From the NCBI GenBank assembly GCA_013239625.1, contig MU056358.1:12535285-12599284 (forward strand): a stretch of 64,000 bases of DNA. The letters are read 5' to 3'. Source of the stretch: Lama guanicoe. Taxonomy: Eukaryota. The stretch's first letter is position 1. The number at the start of each line of letters is the position of its first letter. The translations under genes were made by a program, and so were the position numbers. The notes under the pieces were generated by a model. It saw only the letters and a program-made list of their open reading frames with translations, was not told where the DNA came from and searched no databases. Of this stretch, positions 1 to 14,886 are shown in pieces.

Positions 1-1539
1 CATGAGATGAAAATCAAGGAATACACATTCTTGAGAAATCAGCAAGTGTTTTATAATATGACTATAGATTAATCGGTAAGCTCATTGACATAGGACTCCT
101 GACACTTTTAGTCAACCTAAGATGTGATGTTGCTTTAATACCACAAAGTTCACTTTCCAAAACACCATTAAAGATATGCCTTTTTAGTGAATCAATATAT
201 ATATAGGGCTCAGTGTTTCAATATGGAAAGAGCCAACACTTAGCAGTTTATAATAATGAAAGTCCACTGATTTAATGTAGAACTGCTTTTACTGGTCTAT
301 GAAAAATGCCATTGAAAACTTACGGAGTATTTTTCCAATTAGTGGACTTTGAAAATTTAAGACCAGTGTTCCAAAAACACCTGCAGTTAAACTCTAAGCA
401 AATGCTGATACTCCAGGCGGTGTATCAGTGGGACTTTGAACACTAAAATTGTGGTGTCGCTATTTTTGACATCACCACCTGGTATATTATGGAAATCCCT
501 CTGTTTCTAGTGACAAAGTGTTGATTCATGCCAGCTACTTGACTTTTACAATCCCATAGAGGGAATGTAGCACAGGGGAGAATACAAGAGGAGCGACGCC
601 TTCAAAAATTATATTCCAAATATAGACCAGGCTTCCTTGCCAAGTGGCCAGAACAGCAAAGCATCTTGAGACATTTGCCATCACTTAATGGGGTTGAACT
701 TGCAGGGCGCGCATCCCAGCAACTAGCTGGTCCCTCCCAGGCCCTGCATCTCCAATTTGGGTAGCTGCCATTAGGTTCACAATGAGGCCTCGTAGAATAC
801 AAACAGGCAATTAAGCTCTCCCAGTGTGGAAAACAGATGTCACTGAACACCTCATCTATAATTCGTTTAGAATTTTTCTACTAAAAAAAAAAAGTAACTT
901 TCCAGCAAAATAAAAACTACACATATGCATTAAGTATATATTACTGATGTTGCCACAATAGTTTTAAGGAATATCATGCACACCAGATTTAAAGAAATGT
1001 AATAAAGGAAAAAAAAAGAAATGCAACAATAAATATACATTAGTGACATCCCGTGAATTTCAGCTGTTATCAAAGTATATTTAACTGACTCTCAGTTTTT
1101 ATTTCTACATGGAAGAAAGTCTTTATATTACTTTTTTTCTGAGATGCTTCCAGGAATTTAAAAGTTCTTCAGCTGTTGTAGTCTCCAACAGTGAAAATTA
1201 TTTTTTCTTCTTTCCAAGAAGGACTCAAGATAACCTGTAATGACACAAACAGGAAAACAAATTAAGACACGAGGACTTAAGTCATTACTACCAACCAAAT
1301 AAATGCTTTTATGTGGACTCAAATTTTTCTTTAAACCTCCAATCTTGACCTTTCTATTATTAGCTTATTCATCGTTATGGAGATTACAAGGTCCCTGGCT
1401 TTCAAAGACTCACAGCCTGAGTCAGAATGAGTCTGCTGTCCATCTGATCACCCTTCCCTGACTCCTGCTTTTCAAGTTGGATGTCATCCACTGTAGTCTT
1501 TTTGGAACATAACCTTGGTCAGGTCATTCCTTTCATTTA

Positions 1540-1992
1540 AAATTTTTATTTTATTTAGTTTTTTTTTTCTTGCAGTATAGTTGATTTACAATGCTGTGTT
1601 AGTTGCTGATGTACAGATAGTAATTCAGTTATGCATATATGTGTATATTCGTTTTCATATTCTTTATCATTATAGGTTATTACAAGATAGTGAATATAGG
1701 TCCCTGTGCTATACAGTAGGTCCTTGTTGGTTATCTATTTTATATACAGTAGTTAGTATCTACAAATCCAAAACTCCTAATTTATCCCTCCCTCCTCCTT
1801 TCTGCCTGGTAACTGTAAGTTTGTTTTCTATGTCTGTGAGTCTGTTTTGTAAATAAGTTCATTTGTGCCATACTTTAAGATTCCACATACATGTGATATG
1901 ATATGGTATTTGTCTTTATCTGACTTAGTTCACTTTGTATGGTCGTCTCTAGATCCATCCATGTTGCTGCAAATGGCAATGTCTTTTCATTT
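1540..1992 (-). mobile_element. 5'-truncated L1 3' end, apparently an older subfamily
   Basis: Poly(T) followed by gtatagttgatttacaatg...ccctgtgctatacagtaggtccttgttgg...ccatccatgttgctgcaaatggc; homologous to the copies at 14.4 and 58.7 kb. Confidence 0.9.
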
Positions 1993-1994
1993 CT

Positions 1995-2450
1995 TAAGGA
2001 ATAAAATCCAAACTCTTTAGCATAGTGTATAAAATACTCACCAGTCCAGCCACAGTGGCTCTAACCTTCCTCACCCTACTAATCCCTAGAGGGTACTGGG
2101 TACACTGATAATACTGAACCATCTGATACAATTACAGCAAATGTGCCTTTTACCGTCTCCATCTTTGTGTTCTTCCTTCTGCCTGAAAACTTCCTTTCCC
2201 TTTCTCTGCCTGGTCAACTTTCACTTGGTCTTCAAGATCAAGCATAAATGTTACCTCTACATGGGAGCCTGCCACGATTCACCTGAAGTTGTTCTTTCAC
2301 CTGTGTTTTTGTGCACGTAGCTGTTATCTCAAAATTTTATCCTTGGCATGTTTCTTTGTAGGGGTACAATACTCATCTTAGAAAAACCTACATTTGCAAA
2401 GAGTGCCATGTAAAACTGGCATCGATCCAAGTCTGCTGAATGAATGATTG
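1995..2450 (+). mobile_element. L2 fragment
   Basis: aataaaatccaaactctttagcat...cttcaagatcaagcataaatgttacctct...tgctgaatgaatga resembles the L2 3' end. Confidence 0.6.
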
Positions 2451-2484
2451 CTGGATTAGCCAGTCTCATCTTCTCTATCATTTT

Positions 2485-2700
2485 CTGAACATTTACCATG
2501 TGCCAGCCAGTGAGTTAAGTGCTTCACACGTGTTGTCATTTAATCCTTACACAACTTCATAAACTGGAGACTATTATTATTATTCCTTTTTTACAGAAGA
2601 GGAAACTGAAGTTTAAGGAATTAAAATAGCTTGCCCAAATTTCACAGCTAGTGAGAGAAGGAGCTGGTATTCCAATGTTGGCCTGTTTGATTCCAATCCT
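2485..2700 (-). mobile_element. MIR SINE
   Basis: catttaatccttacacaac...ttttacagaagaggaaactgaag...ttgcccaa is the reverse complement of the MIR core. Confidence 0.85.
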
Positions 2701-5700
2701 ATGCACTGAACAGCTATACGACTTGCTTTTGTAACTGGCAGCTCTGTTGGAGTAATGAACAGTCAACAGGAAAACCATGCATAATATGGTTCTGTTTGCT
2801 ACAAACAATGTGGTATATATCTCTCTGCCCTAAATTATTGCCAAAGGACCTTAGAAGTAAATGATAATTTTTTTTTTTAAATTAGGCTACAGCCCTCAGC
2901 GCTCTCCCAGGGCATACTCAACAGTTTTTGGACTTTGGTTAGCAATCAAAATGGACAGAAATGCCTTCTTTATTGATAAGACTATAGTTATCATACTTCA
3001 TCCAAGTGACTTCAGGGGCCACAGAAAAAAATGGATTAGTTTAACTTGTGCTGTTAAATCCTCAAGAGACATTGTCAAAAATCAATATCCAAGGCACTAA
3101 AGGGTGTGTTTTAGCAAGTCTGTTGGTATCAAGTCATTCTTGGAATCATCCTTTCTCAGGTGTTGCTGGCAAACACTAACGCACACTGGACCAGCTATGC
3201 CAGAGACCTTTTGATCTTATTGTCAGGGACTGCAACTCAAACCAATTCAGACCCATGATTTCTCTTGAAAATTAACTTATGGGGGAAAAGGGGAGTAAAG
3301 AGCAGGGGCAGACTGATTCAGTGGGCAAAACACCTTCTTGTTCCTTTTCTAAGTACTGGCTAAGTCTAGTTGGAAACAAAGTTATTCCCGAGACTCTGAT
3401 CTGTTAGTAAGGGAGCAAGACAGACCCTTGTTGAATGTGGAGTGGCACTGTCACGACAAGAAACCTGACATGTCTTAGAAGGCCGGTCTCCTGGAAAAAA
3501 AATGTCATTCAAGGGATCCTATGTGGTTAGCATAGCATCTCAGCCTTAGTGATGAGTGACGAAAATGTCACAATGGGTGATCTTACTATTCAGAAACTCC
3601 TTAGTCACAAATGAAGAAGATGAAAGTGTCTATCTGGATTGCAAACCACAGGTGTTGCATGTGATGATTTCAGGAGGGGGGAGGGATAGAAATCAGGGTT
3701 AACTCAAGCCATTTATGAAAATGTCTGCCATGATTAAGGAGTCCTTTGTCTGGAATGTCTGTGTAAAATCATCATGACTGAGTCACGTTAATGGGAATGA
3801 CAATATGCATCTTTGAACAGAGTGTTCTTTGGGCTCCTGGCATGTAAGAATCAGTGACTTTTGCAGATTAAACAGTGTAGGCATTTGCTACACTCTATTA
3901 TATGATTTCCTAAATCCAACTTAATCTCTGGCCTTCACACACGGGTTCCAGTCGGCTGTTTTCATGCAAAACAGTCCCAGATGAGCTGCAGGTAGTGTGA
4001 TCCAAAAAAAAAAAAAGTGACTAATCCTTTCTACAATGACAATATGATTGGCACCCTTTATGAGTGGATAACTCATGGGATGTGAACAGCTTGAATTCCT
4101 CAGGCAATTTCTCAGCTGTACCCCACCTCCAGTTCCAGTTTAAAATACAAGCCGATCTGGGATGGTGTACAGTGAATAATGGCATGTGATCAATCCGAAC
4201 AGGAGAGACATTGAGGTCTCTTACCATTACAACGTTTAAAATTTGCTTTATGTAATAACCTGACTTAGGAGGCAGCAGATGGTTCAAAATTCAGCACTCC
4301 ATGGTACTCCTCCAGGCTTATAAATAATCACTTAATTAAAAGAATGAAACAAAGCATTCAGCACTGCATGTCTGATAAAAACAAAAGTGTAGGCTTATTC
4401 TTAGAAAACAGCCCCAAAGAGATCTGTGAACAGCACCAAATGCAAAGGCAAATCCATCGAGGTTATTATCAAGTCTCCTAACTCTCAGGACAGCAGCAAT
4501 GGCTTACTTTTTCACATGTATACAGTCCCACTTTTTAGATAGCACTTTTCTTGGCAAGTAATCATCCGATGCCTCTTTATATCTGAAATTTTTATAGCTA
4601 AGCTGAGGTCCACTAAAAACCAGCTATTGTTGTCCCTTTAAAGCATCAGCACAGTCTCAGAAGCCAAGAACGACAGAAGTGCTGGAAAGCATCTTCACCG
4701 TGGACAATCACTTTGGTGAGAAATGTGTTTCTCCCAGACTCTAACTTGTAGAGTTCTTTCTGTCTTCTGTTGAAGAAACAAAATATTTGGCATTGTGTCA
4801 CCACAGAAGGTACAAAGATCATGTTTGAAATGGGGACACCATGGATATCCTGAACAGGGAGAGTGACCACAGGATGTGGTGGCTCATAGGCAACTCTGAA
4901 ATTTCCAATTTGTATTCCCTTTTTCCACATCATCAAAGAATAGACTGCCCGAGCTCTTTCCCATAGTTCATACACTTTTCTTCCCATGATCAGAGAGCAT
5001 CACTGAAATGAAGCAAGACACGTGGAATTCTAAAAAGAAAGCATCCCCGTGACTTGCTAAAAAACATCAGAAGTCAAACGCCCTAATAAAAATGGTCTTG
5101 AACTCAAAATTGCCAACAGTGAATAAGGATGGTCTGGATGCCCATAGAAGCATCACTCCACAATCAGCTATTGATTATGGAAAAGACATTCCCAAGAAAG
5201 AATAAGATATGAACAACTGATGTGACTCTGAGTGTTTGGCTACTTATATATCTTGTACATAATGCCTTTGTCTCCAGAAAAACCTCACCTGGCCAGTAGA
5301 CCTTAGTTTGGGTTCATCTGATGAAGTTTTCCTTTAGGTATAAGTTTATAGACTCCTATGTGAGGTTTATGTCATTTGAGGACTAAGGCTCCATGGATAA
5401 GGCCCTGACTTGTTTTCCTTAAGACAAAAAGGCAGTTTTCTAGCCTAAAGAGGCTTGACGCGATGGCCAGATCCAGTTGCCATGACATTGACTTCCTGTT
5501 GTATACTCCTAGTTAGTTACATAGAGATAATTTGGAACAATTGGTTTTAGCAATATGAAAACATATAAACTGCCTGTCTATATGTCATCTCATTTTGGTG
5601 AAAACTTAACAGTTTAGCAAAGGACCCACACTGCACAGAATATTGTTTTATAGGTAGTGTTTGAGAGGAGCTTTACTTTGCTTTCCTGGTAGGGAGCTAG

Positions 5701-5787
5701 TATTTTGTTTTTTGTTGTTGTTGTTGTTTTTCCACAGAAACCTATCCTTATAATTAGAGCAGCTTACATGGAAGAGCAACAAACTAT

Positions 5788-6150
5788 CAATTCATTCCTC
5801 AACGCATTTACTTAACAAACAGTATGGAGTATCTCTCTACCCTACAAGGCATCAAAGAAACAGAGATTAACAATGTACATTCCCTGTCCTTAAGAGGTTT
5901 CACTCCAGTAGAGGAATGAGTCAATGATCTAGAAATCACAATACGCTTTGATTAGTGCCATGAGGGAACTACCTAGTGCCAGGAGGGACAAGGGCTCAGA
6001 AGATGGGCGGGCTCAGCCTGAAGTGAGGTGTCAAGAAAGGTTTCTCAGAGAAGGGGCCTTGGAATGTATTCACTGAGCAGACAGGTGGTAAAGGTCATCA
6101 TGAGCACAAGGAACAGCATGTACAAAGGCATGTAGATGTGAGAACACAGT
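5788..6150 (-). mobile_element. L2 fragment
   Basis: ttcattcctcaac...ccctgtccttaagagg...ggaacagcatgtacaaaggc, typical of antisense L2. Confidence 0.6.
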
Positions 6151-6984
6151 GCATGGGACAAACTACATAGAGTTGTGTTCATTTGGAGGGAAAAATAATG
6201 GGAAAATGGTGGCAGACATTCAACAACATGGAACGCTGGTTTGTTGGACAACTATTACAGGCGAAGGCCATCCTAAGTAACTCCAGCTTACAGCTACGGA
6301 AATGGGAAAAACACAGAAATACTCATTTCAGATCATAGCATCTGCTGGAAAATGTAGTAGTAGCTGGCCAAGCCTAGCATCCAAAGCATTTCTCCTCGAG
6401 CCAAAAAAAAAAAAAAAAGAAAGGAACATATGTGTGACTTGAGAGGTTACAGTGAAAACATTGCAATCCCTAGTTCTGGACAAATTCAAACCACCAGAAA
6501 GTGGCTACCCCAAGGAGTATGAACACTGAACGTAAAACGAGAGCACACACTGCACGCAGGACAGGCTTCTGTGAAGCCTGCACGCAGCCTCCCAGGCCCT
6601 AGGAAGTCAGTCTCTGCCATTAGGTCTTTGTGTTTCTCACATAAATCATAAAGCCAAACCTGATCATGATATTTATAGCCTGAAGCTTTCAAACTCCAAG
6701 TTGAAATTTCCCCTGGTTTCTTAGACAACTGTTCTTACCTTTGTAGAGGGTTAGCCAGTAAACAAATGTGTTTTGGAGCCACCTCAACGCATAGACTGGC
6801 CAATGAAGAAGGATACATTTAATAACAAGGTATGATTTCTCATGGTCCTCCAATCAAGGAGTTAGTGCCTTCAGAAATGAAAAAAGACAGACACATTATA
6901 ACTTGAAATATATCGCTGCTACATTGTAATAAGGGGAACCATAAATGGTGGAGGTTAAGAGTCTGAATTGCAGGATGGGTTGAA

Positions 6985-7170
6985 AAAGTGTGGGAAGTTA
7001 AGCATCGTTTAAAATGCCTGGGATCAAATCCTGGTCCTATCACCTATGAGCTCTTCAGCAAGATCTCTAGCTGCTCTCTGCCTCAGTTCCTCAACCTGTA
7101 AAATGGGATAATGATAGTAGTGGCCTCAAGACTGTTATGAGGATTAAAGGAGATAATATGTCTACAACAG
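6985..7170 (+). mobile_element. MIR SINE
   Basis: tgcctgggatcaaatcctgg...tctctgcctcagttcctcaacctgtaaaatgggataatgatag...gaggattaaa. Confidence 0.85.
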
Positions 7171-7384
7171 TGGATCTAAATTCAAATCTAAAGAGAGTAA
7201 ACCACTTCATTACCCCTCTTTGACTTTTGCTGCCCTTGGATTTCTGGTGGATTTTTGCAACACTGACCTTTGCATTTGTATCCTTATTTTTTCCTTGATT
7301 TTCTTATTCTTTCTGCACTTGTGTAATTTTAACTTAAATCCAGAGACATCCATCTCTTTATATATAGTATCACCTTATCGCCAG

Positions 7385-7550
7385 ATAAGGAGACTTGACA
7401 AAATCAAGAGACTGGGCTCTAGTCTTAGCCTTTTCACTTACTGGTTGTACAAATTTTGGAAAGTTGCTTCACTCTGTGTGCTTCAGTTTCCATACCTATA
7501 AAACTTAGATTATCTTTGTGGCTCCTTCTAGCACTAAAATATCTTGTAGT
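7385..7550 (+). mobile_element. MIR fragment
   Basis: ctgggctctagtc...tctgtgtgcttcagtttccatacctataaaa. Confidence 0.6.
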
Positions 7551-7559
7551 TTATTTCTA

Positions 7560-8950
7560 TTTTTACCAAAGTCATTGATAAAAATGTAATCTCACTCAAT
7601 CACCTCATACAGACTTTCCTCCAAACTGTTGTCTTTTAGTATATTGAACTTTTTCATCCAATTCCTATCATTTTCCCATTTTCAAAACAATTCAAGTACT
7701 GTCACCAATACCTTGTTGAAGTCATGGTCCATGGCTACAACTCCTGCATAAATAGTTCAATTAATGTTCAAAGATTCTGGTGAAATTTATTTTTAGTTGA
7801 ACCCATGCTGATTTTTAGTAATTGTCTCATTCATTTCGAAGTGCTTGTGCACTCTTTATTGGAAACTCTATTTTAGCAAATTACCAAAATATACCATGGT
7901 TATTGATTTATAATTATTCTTGATTTATAGCTCCTGAAGGTGCCCTTACTCCTTTCCTCTCTAACAATCTTACCATTATTGATTTCTCAGAGATTTTTAC
8001 TGATTACACAAACTAATCTGTGATTTCCTCCAAAACTCAGAGCTAGAGGCAAACAATGGATTAAGGGCTTTTCTTTCAGTCTTCCCTCGTACCTGGGTGT
8101 GAGAGAACTTTTTCAAATATTTGGATCACCATTTCCAGGTTAGGGAATATTCTCACTAGGGAGAATCAGGAAGCAAGAAGGACTGGGTGGTGTACTTCTT
8201 GTACTCACCAGGAACCAACTCCCCCAACCAGCAATTCTCTCTCTTCACACCACATCTTCTCCTAGAATACAATTTAAAAACCGTAAGGACAACAAAAATC
8301 ACTTAGCTCCATTTTCACATTGTTCTTGAGCCTCCCTAATTCTCACATGTTCATGCCAATCTTTTATGTTAACCACAGGGTTGCCCAAGGACCCAATAAA
8401 CCTATAGCACCCATCCCTGGTACTCATTCTTGCCACACTTGAATGCCCCCATGCAGCCTAGAAACACAGTGTGTTCTTTGGGATCTTGTCTTTTCTGTCT
8501 TATTGAGACCATTACATATTTTCTGAGTTAATTTTTAATAAATAAGCTCTATAACTTTTCAGAGTTTCAAACCATGAGAAGTATTTCTCTACTTTTCAAA
8601 CTTCCCTTCCTAAAGCATATATAGCTAGATCTTGTTTTTCCTTCCTCCACTCCTACTAATACTAGAATTGGGTAGCTTTCTTCCAAAAGTTTACATTATT
8701 TCCCCATCCTAAAATGGTTCTTCTTTTATTTTTAAAATGATGTCCAATGTAGGAGTCCCCCTATTTCTTCATGCTTTCAAAGAGGAAACCATATGGCCAG
8801 TAAAGCAAGTCAGGAATGTTTCAGATGCCCAGTTCTGAGGCAAATGAGACAGGAAACATCCAGCTGACAATTACCTGAATATCCCCCAATCCTAGTTTTA
8901 AGTTTTAGGTTAAAAAGAAAGCTCTTAATAGCAATTAGGTGATCCATTAT
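7560..8950 (-). mobile_element. Possible degraded CR1/L3 LINE
   Basis: Short motifs (ccaaagtcattgataaaaatgt, ttagttgaacccatgctga) recall antisense CR1/L3; pattern recognition only. Confidence 0.35.
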
Positions 8951-9084
8951 GCAAATCACAATACTGCTTCAGTTGCTCCCGCTCACTCTTTTTACTTGGG
9001 TCTCTTTCCGTACTTCACACCTCAGACTCATAATCACACAGAAGAGGGTCGACAGCAGGTTACGGGAGGAGAGCCACAGTCCTG

Positions 9085-9270
9085 AAAGTCAAAAGACCTA
9101 GTTCTAAATCTTGATTTTGCCCCTACCTGCCAACCGTATGATTACGGACAAGTTTCTTCATCTAGCAGAACTCAGATTCTGTGTCTCTAAAGTGGAGATA
9201 ATAATAGCCATCAAAAAAAGCTAGGTGTGAATATCAAAGGAGAAAATATACCTATAAATACCTGGTACAA
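9085..9270 (+). mobile_element. MIR SINE
   Basis: gtcaaaagacctagttctaaatc...ggacaagtttcttca...ctcagattctgtgtctctaaagtggagataataatag. Confidence 0.7.
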
Positions 9271-9702
9271 TAGTAACTGGTTTTACAACAGCATAAACGC
9301 ATTTTGAAAACGCACAAACCAAACCACAAACTTTATTCTTCTTTAGAATTCAGGTTGGGGTGGGCAACGGAGGGAAAGGAAGGAAGATTTATAATTCGCC
9401 GATTTGTGTGGCTTTTGCTTTTTACATTAAGATTTTTACTCTTACAATCGAAGGAAACTAATTTTAAAATGAACAGTTCACCAGGCTAAGAGTATTTCAC
9501 CACTCTGTTCTATCATTCATTCCCATTACACGTGTTTCTAACATAACTCTGAACGGCGTAACATTGGCTGTATGATCGCTCCATGCTATTTAATACAGGT
9601 GATAGAATTGAAATTATACTTCCTTCTTTATTAGTGCTCCATTCTCATGTTTCAGCTCATTACACATAACCTCCTTTTTCTAAAGTTGTAGTTTCCACGT
9701 TA

Positions 9703-9724
9703 AACACACACACACACACACACA
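9703..9724. repeat. (CA)n microsatellite
   Basis: Run of ca repeats. Confidence 0.9.
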
Positions 9725-11889
9725 GGTAACTATCCTTAAAAGGATGGTAAGAGCTGCAGTTTTATTCTAACCCACTACCTTTCCAAACATGGTCCAGCTC
9801 ATGGTACCCCTTCTTGAGAATCTTTCCCATATTGCCATTATTCTGCGCCTCGTTCATTCCCTTGTCCAGTCCACCTTGTTTGTAAATTGTTCTCAGATAT
9901 CCTGGAGCTGTGGACATGAAGCCACAGGACCCTATCAGTCAAAAGACAAGCACGTTTTTCTAAAGCAGCTTCTCACTACTCATCCTCCTCCGGGAGAAGA
10001 AAGTTTCGGCAGGTTAGGACCCTTTCACTGTACTTCCTAGCTGCCTGAAAGCTGCATCTTTCAGATCCTTGCATTTTCTGCCTCCCTGACGGGTTCAGGT
10101 CCTGCTAAATAGAATTTTAAGATTAGAAAACTGTAACATTCAAAAGAGATGGCCTCTCCAGTGCCACCCAGAAACTCCATAATCAAGCTTAGCCTTTGCA
10201 CAGACCAGTCTTATCACCAGTCTGCCAAGTGGTACTTACCTCCAGAAGAAGCCAGGTACTCAGTACAGAAGTAATGACAGTACTGGCTCAGGGCCGTCTC
10301 AATCAGGCTAAGTAAACAAGCAACACTTCCATGTTCAAATGAACCAGTAGAGGCAGTTTTGTTCAGGGTTTCTACTCCTGAGAAAAGAATAAATGGGATG
10401 CTAGCATCATTCACCCATCCACCCATCCACTCACCTCTACTCCCCCAAATTCATACATATTCAAAAATATATATATATATACACATATATATATATACCA
10501 AAGCAAGAAAGATATGGGTCCTAAATTTGCATTATATTGCATGCTAAATGCTAGATTTTCTTGCTCTTCTATCTGTAGTGAAGCAAGAGGTATCAGGATT
10601 GGAAAAGGTATAGAAACCATTTTTGATAGCTCTGGGCTACGTCAAGTGTTGGTTTTATAGCAGGCCAGATCTCCAAGAACATGCTGTGTGGCTGTGTATG
10701 AACTTGGCTGTTGGTTTCTGTTGCCAGATGAAATGATGATTAATCAGGACTCAGATGTCACTTGTTTTATGTTACTTGTGCTCTTTGCTAACAGCTGCCT
10801 ATTTCAAGCTGTGCTTCCTACATGTCAAATATAAACCTGAAACCACAATTTCCAGAAGGAACATTTCAAAGTACTCACAGAGGATGCTGGAAAATTCAGT
10901 GTTGTTTCTGATTAAAGGCTACTTCATATATTATATAACTTAACTAGTCAGGATGGAGACAGAAATATTCAGAAAAATGTGACGTAGCCAGGAAAAATAA
11001 AAACAAACTAACGATCAGATTTACATATAATCTGTCTATATATTTTAAATATATATTTACGCAAATATTCTGTGCATAAAATGCTTCTTGATAAGCTAGT
11101 GTCACTTCCTTTTATTTTGTAATAAAGAAAAACAGTGGAACATTTTCTGTTATTGACATGTCAATTATAAGAAATTTAAATTTGTATTCTGAATATGCTT
11201 TAAACATTTTAAAGTACATAATTCTTTTTTTGACAGGGTCCTCAATACTTCCTTATTTGCTTTTGAATCAAAAATAATGTAAGAATAGTATCTATATGCT
11301 TTCTTTTCCCATAGTGCAAACAGAAACAGAATTTTTTTGAAGGCTGAGAAAATGTTGGTCAAACTCTTGTGAAGTTCAGAAAAGTGCACGGCAAATATTT
11401 GGGGTTGACCAAAAAGAATTGATTTTTTTTGCCTTAACCTAGATAACAAATGTCTAATTTGGACTGTCCATGTAGCATACAGTTCCCAAATTAAACTCTT
11501 TCAGAGACTGCCATTTCTAGCAAAAGAGGGGGAAGTGAGAATTAGACAACACCCAGGCTCTTTCTATACAACTCCAGCCAAGTTGTCTAAAAACTGAATT
11601 TGGCCAAATCACTGTAGTTCATTGTATGACTGAGTTATAAGAGGCCCCCAGAAACTTAAGGCTTCCCCACTGAGAACACCTGAATAGGACTGACCCTGGT
11701 CCAGGGTCTAGCAGAAAGTCTAGGAGAAAGAGAGGAGGACTCTTTCTACTTCCTCTTTGTCTTTTCCCAACACATGAATTACCTGCTTGGAACCAGTTCC
11801 CTAATACTAAAAATAATGTACGCAGGGAAGCTTCTGGCAAAGCGTCAAGAAAAGCTGAATGATACAGAGGTGAAAAGGGAGCTGGATAA

Positions 11890-12882
<993 letters not shown>

Positions 12883-14414
12883 TAAATCAAATACCTCTGC
12901 CCCCGACCTAGAAATTTGTGTTTCGGATTCAAACTGTGAAATATGCCAAGATGCAATATGATGGCTTTTTGATGTTCTTACTTATTTTTGAGTGAATATC
13001 TTGTCTGGTGCACCACATAAAATTAAAAGGCCCCCTAGGCTGGGCTGATCTGTGGTAGCTGCCTCCATGTGGGCTATGCTCCATTTGGTGTCTTTCTTGT
13101 TATTAGCTGTAGGATATGACACATGTGATATGGGCATTTAATCTTCTTTAGCAGAACTGGCAACTCTCTAAGGACCCTGAACTTCCAAGCTTTCCTTCTG
13201 GGTGATTTGAGCAAAAGAGTCTCATAACTTTCCCAGTGGGTGAGAGAAAAGAGTCACTGTTTTCCCAGAGCCTAATTAGGGAGGGAAAGGGAAAGATACT
13301 CAGACCATGGTGATTTCCAGGCATTTGAGTTTATTTTTTCTGCTGTACAGAAACGTTTCCATGTCAGCATTAAGAGCTGTGGATTTTCTCAAATTATGTT
13401 AGGAAATGAAACTGTTTCTCTGGGAGCTTGAATATAAGCAAATTGAAGACTGATAGAAGTCATTCTGATACAGAGGTGAACAGCCAAAGGTGTATGCAAA
13501 GTGGCTTTTACTGCTTCATTTATTTATGAATATGCTCTAAATATTTCTAAATATAGTGCTGCATTTCAATGCACTACTAACAGATAAAAAGCATGAAATC
13601 TTTAGAACTGCATTCTCTTCTTAGGTGCATGTGATATCAGCCCATTAAGGTACTGGTTCTGGGGATTTTAGCTTAATTTCAAATCATAAAACGGTAAGTA
13701 ACATTATCGGGCACAAAAGATTTTGATGCCAAATATAGTGCAATGATACAATGCTCTCATTTGCCTAAGTTGCTCATAATCTTTCATGCCACTGGGGCAT
13801 TATTCTAGTCTGAACATTCTGTTTCAATTGATTTATCATCCAAGACACGAAAGTTAGTATGCTCAAATCATACTATCCTTGGAGCAAGTGGCAGTTCTCA
13901 CATCTCCCTTGTAGATAAATATTCAGAAGTCAAATGGCCTGAAAAAAATCACTGGTAGTGCTAAGAGAAGACCCCATGACAATTGGCTCCTATTCTACAA
14001 CTCTAACCCCTAAACTAGCCTTGAAAACAAGCACAAAAATTACCAGCCTGCTTTTTTGCACATCTTTTCTTTATGCTACCCAGAAAGAGCCAAAAGTAGT
14101 GGAAATCAGTTATGTCAGTATCTCCTATTTATCTAATGGATACCATCTCTTACCATGAGAATAACCACTGTAAATGGTAAAGATTAAAACTTTCCTGTGC
14201 CCTGTACTCCCACAGGTGTATAACATATATTTTCCTATATGTTATATATATATATATATATATTTCAGGATTTATCTCAAAATCCCAGATCAGTTCCCAC
14301 TGACAGCTCCGGAATATAAGACTGGACCAAAGAGTCAGTAAAAAAGAGTATCTTTAATCTAAATATTAATGAACTCTCAGGTATCTATAAATAGCACCTA
14401 CAATGCACTTAATT

Positions 14415-14886
14415 CTTTTTTTGATTGTTGATTTACAATGTTGTGTTAATTTCTAGTGTACAGCATAGTGGCTGAGTTTTATATGTATACAGTAGGACCC
14501 TGTTGTTTATCTATTTTATATATAGTACTTACTATCTGCAAATCCCAAACTCCCAATTTATCCCTCCTCATCTCTTTCCTCCCCTACACCCCAGTAACCA
14601 TAAGTTTGTTTTCTATGTCTGTCTGTTTTGTAAATAAGTTCATTTGTGTCATTTTTTAAAGATTCCACATAGAAGTGATATCATATGTACTTTTCTTTCT
14701 CTTTCTGGCTTACTTCACTTAGAATGACAATCTCCAGGTCCATCCATNNNNNNNNNNNNNNNNNNNNNNNNNNNNNNNNNNNNNNNNNNNNNNNNNNNNN
14801 NNNNNNNNNNNNNNNNNNNNNNNNNNNNNNNNNNNNNNNNNNNNNNNNNNNNNNNNNNNNNNNNNNNNNNNNNNNNNNNNNNNNNN
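14415..14886 (-). mobile_element. 5'-truncated L1 3' end with a TSD of at least 14 bp (part masked by N)
   Basis: Antisense L1 3'UTR; caatgcacttaatt occurs at both 14401-14414 and 14887-14900. Confidence 0.92.

Noticed and set aside
1531-1992. Possible TSD tttcattt around the first L1
   Set aside because: Short, low complexity and overlapping L1-like sequence.
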